From assembly GCA_963712745.1 (NCBI GenBank), contig CAVQJC010000004.1:233791-297790 (forward strand): 64,000 nucleotides of DNA, in the 5' to 3' direction. Below are positions 33,090-43,707 of the stretch, piece after piece. The translations under genes were made by a program, and so were the position numbers. Source of the stretch: an uncultured Chloroflexia bacterium. GTDB lineage: Bacteria; Chloroflexota; Limnocylindria; Limnocylindrales; CSP1-4. Each line of letters begins with the position of its first letter. The first letter of the stretch is position 1. A model generated the notes under the pieces. The model was not told the DNA's origin, searched no databases, and saw only the letters and a list, made by a program, of their open reading frames with translations.

Positions 33090-33953
33090 GTGAGACGAGC
33101 CGTGGCCCACGCAAGCGTGACATCCGTAGCGACGACCTTCACACCGGCCAGACCACAGGAGCAGGCGGCCCCAACGCCTCACGACGACCACGCCGGCTTC
33201 ACGCTCTGGCTCCTTGGACTCAGCGCCATCACCCTCGTCTTCGCCTCGCTGCTCTCGCTGGGGCTGACCATCCGCGGCGGAGATCTCGCCGGCGCAGCCG
33301 CCGCGGTCGTCATCGGGTACGTCGTGTTCGTGTCGGTCGTCGGCGTCGTCTCACTCGCCTATTTCGTGGTCGTGGGACAGAAGAGCGGACTCCTCGCCTC
33401 GACCGAGCGGGGCACCCAGCTGGAAGCTGACCAGGCCAGCGGCCACGGACTGAGGGTCGCCCCGGTCGTGCCGCCGCGCAGAAGCATCGACAGCGCACTC
33501 GCGGCGTGGCCGCGCGAAACGGGACGGGCGTCTCCATCGCTGGTCTCCCAGCATCGACAGCTGCCCGCCGCGGCTGCGACGCATCGTCACCGCGCGAAGC
33601 CTGCACCGGGTCGCGATACCGCGCCTCGTCCGCTGCTTCCGTCCCGACCGGCCCCGCCCCTACGCCCTGCCGCTTCGCAGGCGGCAGCGCTCCAGCTGCG
33701 CGTGGCGAGCCTGCGAGTGCCTCCCCCGAGCGATCGGCCCTCGCACTTCTACGTCGACCGCCTCCGCGCCCAGGACATGCGTCGCGTGTACCCGGCGCCG
33801 GTCCGAAGGGCCTGGCCTGTCACTCCGGTCGCGCGCCCGCCGTATGTCCCACCCACGCCCGTCCGTCAGCCCGCACCGGAGGCGCGTCCATATCACGTGC
33901 CGACGGTGCCGATGGTGCCGCGCCACGTCGTGCAGCCGATGGCGCGACGGTAG
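33090..33953 (+). CDS. Hypothetical 2-TM protein with Pro/Arg-rich tail (start uncertain)
   Basis: Two clear hydrophobic helices followed by low-complexity sequence. Confidence 0.5.
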   Translation: MRRAVAHASVTSVATTFTPARPQEQAAPTPHDDHAGFTLWLLGLSAITLVFASLLSLGLTIRGGDLAGAAAAVVIGYVVFVSVVGVVSLAYFVVVGQKSGLLASTERGTQLEADQASGHGLRVAPVVPPRRSIDSALAAWPRETGRASPSLVSQHRQLPAAAATHRHRAKPAPGRDTAPRPLLPSRPAPPLRPAASQAAALQLRVASLRVPPPSDRPSHFYVDRLRAQDMRRVYPAPVRRAWPVTPVARPPYVPPTPVRQPAPEARPYHVPTVPMVPRHVVQPMARR

Positions 33954-34014
33954 GCTCCACCCAGCGCTGGCGCCGAGCCTGCTCAGTGAGTCGGTGCTAG
34001 ACTCCGAGCGCCGT

Positions 34015-34091
34015 CGGGGCGTGGCGCAGCCTGGTAGCGCACTTGACTGGGGGTCAAGAGGTCGCTGGTTCAAATCCAGTCGCCCCGACCA
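34015..34091 (+). tRNA. tRNA-Pro (anticodon GGG)
   Basis: Cloverleaf: cggggcg/cgccccg acceptor stem, cttga-ct-GGG-gg-tcaag anticodon arm, GGTTCAAATCC T-loop, encoded CCA. Confidence 0.97.
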
Positions 34092-34110
34092 CAACTCCAA
34101 GCGTGAAACG

Positions 34111-34143
34111 GGCCTCCTTGGACACCAGGGAGGTCTTTCTTCA
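34111..34143 (+). terminator. Probable intrinsic terminator after tRNA-Pro
   Basis: ggcctcctt...agggaggtc stem followed by tttctttc. Confidence 0.6.
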
Positions 34144-34711
34144 TGGCTATGGTGGGGAGTCTGGTGGGGACGAGCGGCTGGCAATGCCGCTTCGCTCGAC
34201 GGGTTTCGACGCTGCGCTTGCCGATTTGCGGCGAGTGCGACCGCAACCGCAACATGGAAGCAGACCTTGGCGCCCTCGACTCACAGGATGGCTCGCTCGA
34301 CGGCATCATCGACTGGTAGCAGGAGGCTGAAGGCTCGATGGCTTCCGCACTCAGGTGTCTCGGTGTGACACCGGGTGTTGCCGGCATCACGGGTGACGCG
34401 GGTGATGCCGGCTGGAAGACGGTGCGCGGGGCGCTCCCTGGCCTTGCCGACGCACTCGTTGACCGCAACTGAGTGGGTCGCCACGAGGATGCCGGAGACC
34501 GTGCTCCGCCTGTCCACTTCGCTGGCCTGCGCCGATGCCGTCCTATCTTTCTGACTCGAGAGCGCGCATAGTGCAGGCATAGGACGCGGACCGCAGAGCC
34601 TCGGGCGGACTAGCTCACAGGGTCGCCGCGTGTCCACCGCGTACCCGCCAACCCCTGGCTGGGGCTGTTGCGTCGTCAGCTCGGGATGTGCATCGTCAAG
34701 GAGGTCAAGAC

Positions 34712-35068
34712 ATGGCCGGATTCAGCTACAAGTCGTTCGATTCACCGGATGAGACCCGAACACCGCCGAAGACACGGGTGGATGTCGTCAGGCTCGAAGG
34801 CGGGACGGCCGCCCGCTTCACGTTCCAGCCCGGCTGGAGATGGTCCGAGGCGGTGGGCCCGGTGGTCGGCACGGACTCCTGTCAGTCCCGTCACGTCGGC
34901 GCGGTCGCGAGCGGTCGGATGCACGTGGTCCACCAAGACGGCACGGAGGGCGAGACCGGCCCCGGCGACGCGTACGTCATCGAGCCCGGACACGACGCTT
35001 GGGTCGTAGGGGATGAGCCGTTCGTGGGGTACGAGTTCCAGAGCGCCGAGACGTACGCGAAGGGATAG
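34712..35068 (+). CDS. Cupin-domain protein
   Basis: AAGGAGG RBS; FQPGWRWSE...CQSRHVG...GPGDAYVIEPGHDAWVVGDEP. Confidence 0.88.
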   Translation: MAGFSYKSFDSPDETRTPPKTRVDVVRLEGGTAARFTFQPGWRWSEAVGPVVGTDSCQSRHVGAVASGRMHVVHQDGTEGETGPGDAYVIEPGHDAWVVGDEPFVGYEFQSAETYAKG

Positions 35069-35316
35069 CCCGTCAGCCACGGGGGCGGCCCACGTCACGG
35101 GGCGCTGGGTACGGTCGGTCCCCGGTCGATCCGATGAGGCCGTGCCGTGCTCTCAGCTGGTCGCGGGCAGGTCCCAAGGATGTGGCACGGTGGTCGTGAG
35201 ACCACCGTGCAACTGGAGGCCGATCTCGAATTCTACGAGCGGAGTAGGGGGCCAACTGAGCCTGTTCGAGCGTTTCCTCGACTGGCTGTGGTAGGTCTGG
35301 GCACTCGGACGGTGTC

Positions 35317-35556
35317 ATGATGGCTGGCCGTGGCCATCCCCGACTTCCGGACTTTGATGCTCCCCTCGATGACGAGGACCCGCTGATGCACTCGATATCG
35401 TTGGCCCACCACCTCAGGTTCCTCATCCCGGCCCTACTGCTAACGGTCGCCTTCGGCATCTTCGTCAGCCCGTGGACGGTCGTCCCGGTGCTCGCAGTGC
35501 TTCTCGTACTGGCCCTCGTCCTCATCGTCCTCATCGTCCTCAGGAGGACTCGCTGA
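35317..35556 (+). CDS. Small 2-TM hypothetical protein
   Basis: Hydrophobic hairpin with a basic C-terminus; start uncertain. Confidence 0.4.
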   Translation: MMAGRGHPRLPDFDAPLDDEDPLMHSISLAHHLRFLIPALLLTVAFGIFVSPWTVVPVLAVLLVLALVLIVLIVLRRTR

Positions 35557-35652
35557 ATGGCCGCCTGTGGACTCGCATCGTGGCTGTCAGGGGCTGAGAT
35601 ACGGCCAAAGGGCCCGTCCGCTGGACGGGGCCTTTCTCGACGTGGAGATACG

Positions 35653-36447
35653 TCAGCGCGACACGGGGTCGGGTACTGGCGGGCCGTCGCCGTTCGAGAT
35701 GAAGCCCATTACCGGAACCGTGCCCATGGGGCCCGAGTCCTCGATCGCGTTGATCACCAGGTAGGCGCGAAGCCCGTCGTACGCACCGGCTCCCTCACAC
35801 CAACCGCCCTGCACGTCGCCGGGCCCGTTGCTGAGCCCGATGAGGGAGCATGACCAGGTACCGTCCGTGTTCTCGATCGTGTCGAGCGTCTTCCAGATGC
35901 TGGCCCCGCCAGCGAGGTCGTCGAACCCGCTGTCACGTTCCAGGCGCCTGCCCGTCATCCGGGGATCGGTGGTCTCGAAGGTCTGGCCCTGCCAACCGCT
36001 ATTCAGTGACACGTTGAGACCATTCTCTGTGAACTCTTCGTCGGGCGGATAGGGAGGCATGGGCAGTGGGCGTCCGTCGTACGTGAGCGTCCCGCTGAAG
36101 AACGCCCATTCGTCAGGAACCACGACCTGCGCCTGGGCCCCCCGAGGAGTCAGCCCATCCTCGGGCCCTTGGACCAGCCCCGACAGGGCCAAGCCTGAGC
36201 CGATGGTGAGGACGGCGGCGGCAGCGATGACTCGCGTTGCACTGAACATGGATCTTGACCTCCCATGGATCTGTCGTGTACCGCTGAATGGCCACCACCG
36301 CAGGTGGTGGTGGTCCGCTCGAGGCGATGTCGTGGCGATCTCCCGGGCGAGAGCCATGGCATCAAGCTCGATGGGAGCGCGATCTGAGTAGCGGCGCAGC
36401 GCGTGAGCCAGCCGCAATTCGAATGTGCGTGGTTCAGGCACCGTCAA
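35653..36447 (-). CDS. Putative anti-sigma factor A: cytoplasmic N-domain, TM, extracytoplasmic DPR...GxGxYxGL domain
   Basis: Overlaps the stop of the upstream ECF sigma; single TM after RSMFSAT; N-terminus similar to the gene at 58600. Confidence 0.72.
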   Translation of the reverse strand: MTVPEPRTFELRLAHALRRYSDRAPIELDAMALAREIATTSPRADHHHLRWWPFSGTRQIHGRSRSMFSATRVIAAAAVLTIGSGLALSGLVQGPEDGLTPRGAQAQVVVPDEWAFFSGTLTYDGRPLPMPPYPPDEEFTENGLNVSLNSGWQGQTFETTDPRMTGRRLERDSGFDDLAGGASIWKTLDTIENTDGTWSCSLIGLSNGPGDVQGGWCEGAGAYDGLRAYLVINAIEDSGPMGTVPVMGFISNGDGPPVPDPVSR

Positions 36448-36976
36448 GGTCCCTCCGAAGTCGCTCGACGGCCCGCGCCAGTCGGCTGCGGACGCCAGAT
36501 GCGGTCATGCCGACCTGCTGCGCGATCTCGCGCGAATCGAGGCCGGTAACGTAACGCAGGGCGAGGAGGCTGCGGTCGTCAGGTCTGAGCCGTTGCAGGG
36601 CCCGCCGCAGGTCGACCATGTCGATCTCGTCGGCAGGGTCGTTCGAGCCCATCGATGGCTGGGCGCTCGTGAGTTCCATGATTTCACGACGCTTGTGCCG
36701 CCGGACCAGCTGTCGCGCCTCATTGGCACAGATAGCGACGAGCCAGGGGCGGACACGTTCCGGTTCCCGAAGCGATGGCAAGCGCTTCCAGGCGATCACC
36801 CAGGCACTCTGCGCAGCCTCTCGTGCGAGCTCGACGTCACCCACCACCACGTACGCTGCACGCACCATTGGTTCGTGGTGCTGCGCGATCAGACGCGCGA
36901 ACGCGACCTCGTCCCCGGAAGCAGCCTGGCTGACCGTGAACGTCGGATCTGTTGCGTCCAGGACGGTGCTCTCCAT
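36434..36976 (-). CDS. ECF sigma-70 factor A
   Basis: Region 2 (GDEVAFARL...AWKRLPSLREPERVRPWL) and region 4 (LDSREIAQQVGMTASGVRSRLARA). Confidence 0.92.
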   Translation of the reverse strand: MESTVLDATDPTFTVSQAASGDEVAFARLIAQHHEPMVRAAYVVVGDVELAREAAQSAWVIAWKRLPSLREPERVRPWLVAICANEARQLVRRHKRREIMELTSAQPSMGSNDPADEIDMVDLRRALQRLRPDDRSLLALRYVTGLDSREIAQQVGMTASGVRSRLARAVERLRRDLDGA

Positions 36977-37010
36977 GGTAAGGAGATGTCCCCCGCAGGC
37001 AGAGTGTCCC
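36977..37010 (-). promoter_or_regulatory. Putative autoregulated leaderless ECF promoter GGGACA-N16-CATCT-N7-ATG
   Basis: Same geometry as the element upstream of the paralogous sigma at 58058. Confidence 0.55.
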
Positions 37011-38045
37011 AGAATCGATCGAGCTGCCTGCCGCTTCCGTGGGAGGAGGGGACTGCCCGAAGACGGGGACCCGCTCCCGCTCGCTCGTGGCGTCGCGGAG
37101 GCGGACCTTGGCTCGTCGATGCCGGCTCGTTGACGGGCTTGCTTCCCGGCCTCGCGCAAAGGTGCCCGGGCGGTCCGGTGGGGTTCGTCACGGTTAGGTG
37201 AGCGCGGCCGTTGCCGGGGCACACCACGACCGCCGCGACAGGGCTTGTGCCGATGCCGAACGGCCCCGACGCTGGTAGGAGCCGGACGCACAGGCAGGCG
37301 TGCGTCCGGCTATCTCTCCCAGCGATGCGGAAGCAGGCCCTTGCTCGTCCACCAGAGGAGGGTCGACGGGTGCCAACCCGTCGATGGCACCCTGGTGAAC
37401 GCCGGACAACCACCCAGGTCTCCGTGCCTGGTCTCGTCCCGACAGCGGGTCGCCTCACCCCTGTCTCGGGTCGCTCGGGTTCGCGACGGTGAGAGCCCCG
37501 CACACGCCTTCCTCCCGGGTGATGCCGTTCCCCGCCGTCGTCTCCGGGTCCCAGATCACGCCCTTGCTGGAGAAACGGAGCGTGAACGGGACAGGCTCGT
37601 TCGCTTCGGCCTCTGCGGCACCCGGGGCCAAGCCCCGCGCGATCCTCTACAGGGTATGGGGGTCTCAACCGAGTGATCGGCCAAGTTCCCCCTTCACGGC
37701 CGTTGGCGTGGCGCTGGATGCCGGAATCGAGACTCGGCGAGGGGCCGCATCGAGGCCTTCCTGGAAGTCGAGTAATCTGACCGCCCGTCGACCGGTCGTA
37801 CTGGTCGACGAACTCGGGCCTCCCTCAGGGGTGTCCAGCCCATGGTTCGCGTTGCCATGATCGGGCCGTCAACTCCTTGGCCCGACCGACTGCCTGACAT
37901 CAGATCCGAACGGAGGACCATCACCGATGCGATCCCTCAGGACCGATAGGCCGACCGCCGGTGTCGCCGCCGTGGCATGTCCATGCATGTGGCGAACGTA
38001 TGGTGACTCGGCGCGCGCCGTCGCCCGTCACGCTGGGACCCGTTG

Positions 38046-38606
38046 ATGGACGTCGGCACGATCACCGACATCTACGGGGCGCTCGGCCTCGTCGCGATCC
38101 TGATGGTGATGTGGTTCGGAGTGATGTTCGTGGCATCGCTGATCTCGTCGTCTGCCGGCGAGAGCTACGCCCACTTGCGCCGACGCATCGGCCCGTCCGC
38201 CATCGCAGGGGCCTGGGTCGTGGCATCGCTAGCGATGGCCGGAAGCCTCTACTTCTCCGAGGTGGCCAACTACACGCCGTGCACCCTGTGCTGGTACCAG
38301 AGGATCGCCATGTATCCGCTCGTGCTCATCCTGGGCATCGCTGCCATCCGGCGTGACATCGGCATCCGCATCTACGCCATCCCCGTGGCCGCGGTCGGCC
38401 TGGTCATCTCCAGCTACCACTACCTGCTCGAGTGGTTCCCCGAGATCGACGCCGGCGTCTGCAAGGTCGGCATCCCGTGCTCGCAGGTGTGGTTCCGCGA
38501 GTTCGGCTTCGTCAGCCTCCCATTCCTCGCGCTGATCGCGTTCGCGCTGGTGATCACCCTGCTACTGATCCCGATGCGGACGCCACCGCAGGGGTCGTCC
38601 GCCTAG
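38046..38606 (+). CDS. Disulfide bond formation protein DsbB/BdbC family
   Basis: GSLYFSEV...[15 protein letters not shown], a second Cys pair (CKVGIPC) and 4-5 TM helices. Confidence 0.92.
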   Translation: MDVGTITDIYGALGLVAILMVMWFGVMFVASLISSSAGESYAHLRRRIGPSAIAGAWVVASLAMAGSLYFSEVANYTPCTLCWYQRIAMYPLVLILGIAAIRRDIGIRIYAIPVAAVGLVISSYHYLLEWFPEIDAGVCKVGIPCSQVWFREFGFVSLPFLALIAFALVITLLLIPMRTPPQGSSA

Positions 38607-39436
38607 CTCGGAACGGGGACGAGCGTCTCCGAGTCGCCACGCACGACCGCGTCCATCTGGACCGACTCGGCGTCGTCAGGCACGGGCTCATCGGGCCCGA
38701 GCTCGGCATCGGCGGCAGCCGCGAGAGCCGCGGCCATGGCCGCCTCTTCGACGATCGAGCGCTCCGCCTCGACGGCGTCGGCAGCGCGCTGGGCCTTGAG
38801 CTCGCTGAGATCGGCTTCACCGGCGAGCTCCCAGCGCATCTCCTGGAACCGCGCCGAGCTGGCCTGGTAGCGTTCGTCGACGTCGGCCCACTTGGCCAGG
38901 CATACCACGGCCGCCTCGCGGTACACGCGCCAAGCACGGACGAGCGCCACTTCCAGCGCCGGCTCGGCTTCAGCCGGGGCCACGGCCAGGCCGGCCACGG
39001 CCAGGCCACGACGCAGAGGGTGCAGGCAACGCTCGAAGAGGAAGACGAGCGACTGGGGGATACCGGAGGCGGAGTCCTTCGGACGCGGCATGAGAGCGGC
39101 GCCGAACCCGTTCACGTCGGTCGGGCTCATGCCAGGTGTCGGCGCGATCCAGAAGTCACAGGACTCGATCTCCCGCTCGACTTCCGCGCGCATGGCCGCG
39201 ACCTGCTCCTCGGTCCAGAAGCGCAGCTCGGCGATGTCTCTGTCGCTGAGCTTGGCCATGACCTCGACCGAGGCACCGCGCGCAGCGTCGACACGGCGCT
39301 GCGCCACGGATCCGATGTACTCCACCGCAGCGGACGTCAGCGCCGCCTGTGGCTTGACGAGAGCATCGAGTGCCGCGGTCGCGAGGCGGCGGGCCTCGGC
39401 GATGGCCAGATCGAGTTGCCGGAGCTCTTCATCCAT
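38603..39436 (-). CDS. Hypothetical helical protein
   Basis: 277-aa ORF from MDEELRQL with typical codon usage; no family recognised. Confidence 0.65.
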   Translation of the reverse strand: MDEELRQLDLAIAEARRLATAALDALVKPQAALTSAAVEYIGSVAQRRVDAARGASVEVMAKLSDRDIAELRFWTEEQVAAMRAEVEREIESCDFWIAPTPGMSPTDVNGFGAALMPRPKDSASGIPQSLVFLFERCLHPLRRGLAVAGLAVAPAEAEPALEVALVRAWRVYREAAVVCLAKWADVDERYQASSARFQEMRWELAGEADLSELKAQRAADAVEAERSIVEEAAMAAALAAAADAELGPDEPVPDDAESVQMDAVVRGDSETLVPVPS

Positions 39437-39620
39437 GACGCTACCCTGACGAGACCGATACAGGTCGGCCGACGCGAGTATCCGGTGGTGCCCGATACTC
39501 GTCACGACGACCATCGGGCCATCTCCGGTCGACCGACCGGACCAGCAGCGCCTCCGCACGACGCTGACGACCTCCCCGCAAGAGGAGGTCTTGGGGCCTG
39601 TGGCCGGTTCTGGTGGTCGT

Positions 39621-39824
39621 CTAAGCGGCCGTCCGGCGCGCCGCGGACGTCGTCTCTGGACGCTCGGTGAACGCGGGGTGGCCACCGGCGGCGGTGCAGG
39701 CCTCGACCCACCGGTGCGTGCCGTTGCAGAGATAGCACCAGGCGGTGGCCGGCGTGGGCCAGCCTGCCTTGCGTTCCTTCTGCCCGATGGTTCGTCCGTA
39801 CTTGCCGGCTGTGTGCTTGGTCAT
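39621..39824 (-). CDS. Small hypothetical protein with CxxC-x3-H-x5-C motif
   Basis: GAGGGAG RBS before ATG 39824; MTKHTAGKYG...WCYLCNGTHRWVEAC. Confidence 0.5.
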   Translation of the reverse strand: MTKHTAGKYGRTIGQKERKAGWPTPATAWCYLCNGTHRWVEACTAAGGHPAFTERPETTSAARRTAA

Positions 39825-40011
39825 GGCGCTCCCTCGGTCGTGGTCAGGCCCGATCGGGGCGCTGTTCGAGACTGATGGTCGCCGCCGCAGGGTCTTGCGG
39901 TCATGGGTCCAGGTCGGCAGAACGGGGCGCCCGGGCATTGCCGAGAGTGTGCAGCGTCGAGGTGACCGCAGGGCTATTGACGGCTGTGCGCCCAAACCCG
40001 AAGGTGCGCGC

Positions 40012-40299
40012 ATGGACGGACTCGTGTTCGCACTGCTCGCGCTCATCGTGGCCATCGTGGCTGCGGCAGCCCTAATCGTGATGTTCTTCAAGCGTCGCGA
40101 TCTGCCTGAGAGTCAGACCGTGGATTTCCGCGCCTACTTCGTCGTCGGCGTGGTGCTGCTGCTGATGGGCGTGGGCATGGCCGTGCTGCTGGTCACGACC
40201 ATGGACGGCTGGTGGATCCCCACGATCCCGCTATTCGTCCTCGGCGCTGTGTACGTGTTCCTTGGCTGGTCGAACCGCGAGAAGTGGCTCCAACGCTAG
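40012..40299 (+). CDS. Small 3-TM membrane protein
   Basis: GAAGGT RBS; three hydrophobic helices; ends GWSNREKW. Confidence 0.7.
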   Translation: MDGLVFALLALIVAIVAAAALIVMFFKRRDLPESQTVDFRAYFVVGVVLLLMGVGMAVLLVTTMDGWWIPTIPLFVLGAVYVFLGWSNREKWLQR

Positions 40300-40445
40300 G
40301 CCGGCTCTCTTGCGTCCGGATACCTTCGCACGCAGGCCCGCCTGACCCGGTGGAGGTTCACGCGGCTGACATCGGGCCCTGAGGAAGGGGGCGGACTGCC
40401 CCACAACTGCCGCCGGGCCAATTCGAAGGCCCCGGAGTACCATCG

Positions 40446-41975
40446 ATGCACGTGCACGAACGGGACTCGGAAGACGCGGGCGTGGGGGCTGACGGCCTCG
40501 ACGCCGCACAACGCTCCGCCACGGGTGACATGCCCGCACCCGAGCTTCGGGCTGCGCTCCACCACGCGGCCGACATCGTGGCCGACTACCTCGAGCGGGT
40601 CGAGGACTTCGCGGTGCTGCCGAAGGTCCATCCGGGCGAGCTGACCGAACAGCTCGACGGCCCGCCACCGGAGGACCCCCAGCCACTGGCCGACATCCTG
40701 CGTGACCTGGTGACCGAGGTCGTGCCCAACGTCACCCACTGGCAGAGCCCGCACAACCTCGCCTACTTCAGCTCGAACGCCTCGGGCGTCGGCATCATCG
40801 GCGAGCTCATCAGCAGCGGGCTCAACAGCAACGCCTTCCTCTGGCGCGTCTCGCCGGCCGGTACGGAACTGGAGGGCATCACCGTGAACTGGCTGCGTGC
40901 GGGTCTCGGGCTGCCGGACACGTTCGACGGCGTCTTCAACGACACGGCCTCCATCAGCACGCTCTCCGGGCTCGCCTGCGCGCGACAGCAAGCCACCGGC
41001 AACGCCGCCCAGGCCGGCCTTCGCGCCTGGCCACCGCTGCGCATCTACAGCTCCAGCCAGGCCCACTCCTCGGTCGCGCGGGCGGCCATGATCCTGGGCA
41101 TCGGCCGGGATGGGGTCCGCGCCATAGACGTCGACGATCGGCTGGCCATGGATCCCGCGGCACTGCGGGCTGCCATCACCGAGGACCGCGAGAACGGCTG
41201 GCTGCCGGCCGGCCTGGTGGCCACCGTGGGCACCACCTCGACTACCGCGGTCGACCCTGTCGACGCCATCGCCGACGTGGCCGAGGATGAAGGGCTGTGG
41301 CTGCACGTGGACGCGGCCTATGCCGGCTCCACCGCCCTCATCCCGTCGATGCGCCACTACTTCAGCGGCTGGGAGCGCGCCGATTCCATCGTGGTCAACC
41401 CGCACAAGTGGATGTTCACGCCCTTCGACTGCTCGCTGCTGCTGACCCGTCGCATGGGGGTGCTGCGTGATGCCCTCAGCCTCGTGCCCGAGTACCTGCG
41501 CTCATACGACGAGAGGGGCACCGGGCGCGACTACAGCGAGTACGTACCCCAGCTCGGCCGGAAGGCCCGCGGCATCAAGATGTGGATGCAGCTGCGCTAC
41601 TTCGGCCTGTCCGGCCTGCGCCGGCGGCTGCAGGTGCATCTCGACCTGGCCCAGGAGCTGGCCGGCTGGATCGAGGCCGACCCCGATGCCGAGCTGCTCT
41701 TCCCAGTGCCCTTCGGAGTCGTCTGCTTCCGGCTGCGGCCCTCTCGCTACTCGGGCAGGGAAGGGGAGCCGGAGGTGGCTGCGGCCGTCGACCACCTGAA
41801 CGAACGCGTGATGAACCAGGTCAATGACAGCGGCGAGCTCTTCCTCTCACACACGAAGATCGAAGGCCGGTTCGTGCTGCGCGCGGCCATCGGCAATATC
41901 CGCACCGAGCGGCGCCACATCGAACAAGCCTGGACCTCACTCCGGGCGGCGGCCGATCGGCTGGACGGCGCGTGA
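40446..41975 (+). CDS. Group II PLP-dependent decarboxylase (aromatic-L-amino-acid decarboxylase-like)
   Basis: THWQSP, SPAGTELE, AHSSV, GTTSTTAVD, WLHVDAAYAG and VNPHKW. Confidence 0.92.
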   Translation: MHVHERDSEDAGVGADGLDAAQRSATGDMPAPELRAALHHAADIVADYLERVEDFAVLPKVHPGELTEQLDGPPPEDPQPLADILRDLVTEVVPNVTHWQSPHNLAYFSSNASGVGIIGELISSGLNSNAFLWRVSPAGTELEGITVNWLRAGLGLPDTFDGVFNDTASISTLSGLACARQQATGNAAQAGLRAWPPLRIYSSSQAHSSVARAAMILGIGRDGVRAIDVDDRLAMDPAALRAAITEDRENGWLPAGLVATVGTTSTTAVDPVDAIADVAEDEGLWLHVDAAYAGSTALIPSMRHYFSGWERADSIVVNPHKWMFTPFDCSLLLTRRMGVLRDALSLVPEYLRSYDERGTGRDYSEYVPQLGRKARGIKMWMQLRYFGLSGLRRRLQVHLDLAQELAGWIEADPDAELLFPVPFGVVCFRLRPSRYSGREGEPEVAAAVDHLNERVMNQVNDSGELFLSHTKIEGRFVLRAAIGNIRTERRHIEQAWTSLRAAADRLDGA

Positions 41976-43045
41976 GAATGCGCCGCTCCACCTTCGCCGG
42001 TCTGCTGGGGGCAGCGTCATTCCTGGCCGCCACGCTCGTCGTCGCTCCCGATGGCGCGAGGCCGGTACTCGGGCAGGGGGTCGGTGGGGCCACCTGGACG
42101 CCGGCCTCGTCCTCCACGACCGCCATGCCCAGCCGCTTCCTGCTCTCGGGCGACTCCATCACCTATCGCACGGAGGCGGTGTGGGACACGGCGCAGGCAC
42201 GCGGGTTGGCTCGCTACGAGGACGATGGACTGCGCTACACGCTCGAGGCCAACGACCGCAGCGGACGACTCAGTGCCACCGGCTACTGGGCCACCAACCT
42301 GCCCGACCCGGCCTACGATCGCGACGACGACGATGGCGACCGTCGCTGGGAGGAAGCCGAGATCGTGGCGGGGAAGCAGGGTCCAAAGGCCGACCACACC
42401 TACACCACCAGCGTGCAGTTCTCCCGCTGGTACCCCAAGCGCGTCAAGGGTGTCTGCGAATGGGCCTGGGACCGCCGCCGGGGCAGCACGGAGATCCTCT
42501 CACAGCTCTCGCGTGACCTGTTCGGCGAGTGGCAGGCTGAGCGCTACACGTTGACCTACGAGACGCTGCCGTACGAACGCGTAGAGGTGGGCCCCCCTGT
42601 CCCCCAGGGCGCCTCACGCGCTCGCTGTCGCGACGCCGACCCCGGGGTCAACCAGTCTGGCTACACCATCACCTTCAGCCGGCCTTTGAGCTGGTCCGAG
42701 TTCCGGGCGCTGGTCAGTGCGGGCGTCGTCCGCTGGACGGCGTGGGAGGCGGTCGGAAGTAGTGCCCAGGACAAGCTCGTGTGGACCTGTGGCGGCCCCG
42801 CCGACGACGTCAAGCGATTGGGTCCCTGTCGTGCCTTGGGCATGTCGGTCGACGGCGTCAGCGCCGCCGTCGGCTACCTCGACGACATCGCCGTGAGCCA
42901 GCTCCGTGCGCATGACCAGGTGGTCTCGGTAGAGGGCCTGCGGGATCCGCTGACCGGTCTGCTCTACGACTTCGGCGGATTCGGCGTGGAGCGGCCGGGC
43001 CTGACCGTCAACGACCGCTACTGGGACCTCGTCCTCGCCGACTGA
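41972..43045 (+). CDS. Secreted hypothetical protein
   Basis: N-terminal signal (RR plus hydrophobic stretch), acidic DRDDDDGD loop, paired Cys. Confidence 0.7.
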   Translation: MRMRRSTFAGLLGAASFLAATLVVAPDGARPVLGQGVGGATWTPASSSTTAMPSRFLLSGDSITYRTEAVWDTAQARGLARYEDDGLRYTLEANDRSGRLSATGYWATNLPDPAYDRDDDDGDRRWEEAEIVAGKQGPKADHTYTTSVQFSRWYPKRVKGVCEWAWDRRRGSTEILSQLSRDLFGEWQAERYTLTYETLPYERVEVGPPVPQGASRARCRDADPGVNQSGYTITFSRPLSWSEFRALVSAGVVRWTAWEAVGSSAQDKLVWTCGGPADDVKRLGPCRALGMSVDGVSAAVGYLDDIAVSQLRAHDQVVSVEGLRDPLTGLLYDFGGFGVERPGLTVNDRYWDLVLAD

Positions 43046-43096
43046 CCTCATCCATGCGAACATTCGCACTCCCGACTCACGAACGAAGGAGATGAC

Positions 43097-43540
43097 ATGG
43101 CCCAGGTCCGACGAGCTGAAGCGAACTGGAGCGGCGATCTGCTCAGCGGCGGCGGTGCCGTGAGCGCGGCCACCAGCGGTATCTTCGACAACCAGGCCAT
43201 CACCTGGCGCGCACGCACGGAGGCCTCCGAGGGCAAGACCAGCCCCGAAGAGTTGCTGGCCGCAGCGCACGCCGCCTGCTACTCGATGGCGGTCAGCAAC
43301 GAGCTGGCCAAGGCCGGCTTCCCGCCCGCCCGTGTCGACGTCACGGTCGTGGTCAGCGCCGACAAGACCGACGCGGGCTGGACGGTGCTCACGAGCGCGA
43401 TCAGCCTGCGCGCCACGGTCCCCGGCGTCGATGAGGCCACGTTCAATCAGCAGGCCGAGGCAGCCAAGGGCGGCTGCCCCATCTCGCGCGCCATCAGCGG
43501 CTCGGTCGAGATCACGCTGGACGCAGTCCTGGAGGGCTAA
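43097..43540 (+). CDS. osmC: OsmC family peroxiredoxin
   Basis: AAGGAG RBS; TSPEELLAAAHAACYSMA and AKGGCPISRA. Confidence 0.93.
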   Translation: MAQVRRAEANWSGDLLSGGGAVSAATSGIFDNQAITWRARTEASEGKTSPEELLAAAHAACYSMAVSNELAKAGFPPARVDVTVVVSADKTDAGWTVLTSAISLRATVPGVDEATFNQQAEAAKGGCPISRAISGSVEITLDAVLEG

Positions 43541-43707
43541 GGCACAGGCGCCGACACCCGGGCTAGGGAGTCTTCACATTCCGGCAACCCCGCATTCACC
43601 AGCCGTCAGGTACAACTGCAACCAAGCCGCCACGAGTCCCTCGTGCGCCGGCCCAACAGAGCCGCGCCGCTCCTCGGTGCGGGTGTTGGACTTGACGAAA
43701 GGTTGGC

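Noticed and set aside
34600-34650. tRNA-like fragment gggcggactagctca...cccgcca
   Set aside because: No T-loop or anticodon arm, so the resemblance is too weak to call.
37020-37960. ORFs upstream of ECF sigma A
   Set aside because: No ORF has a recognisable family or convincing codon pattern; possibly decayed sequence.
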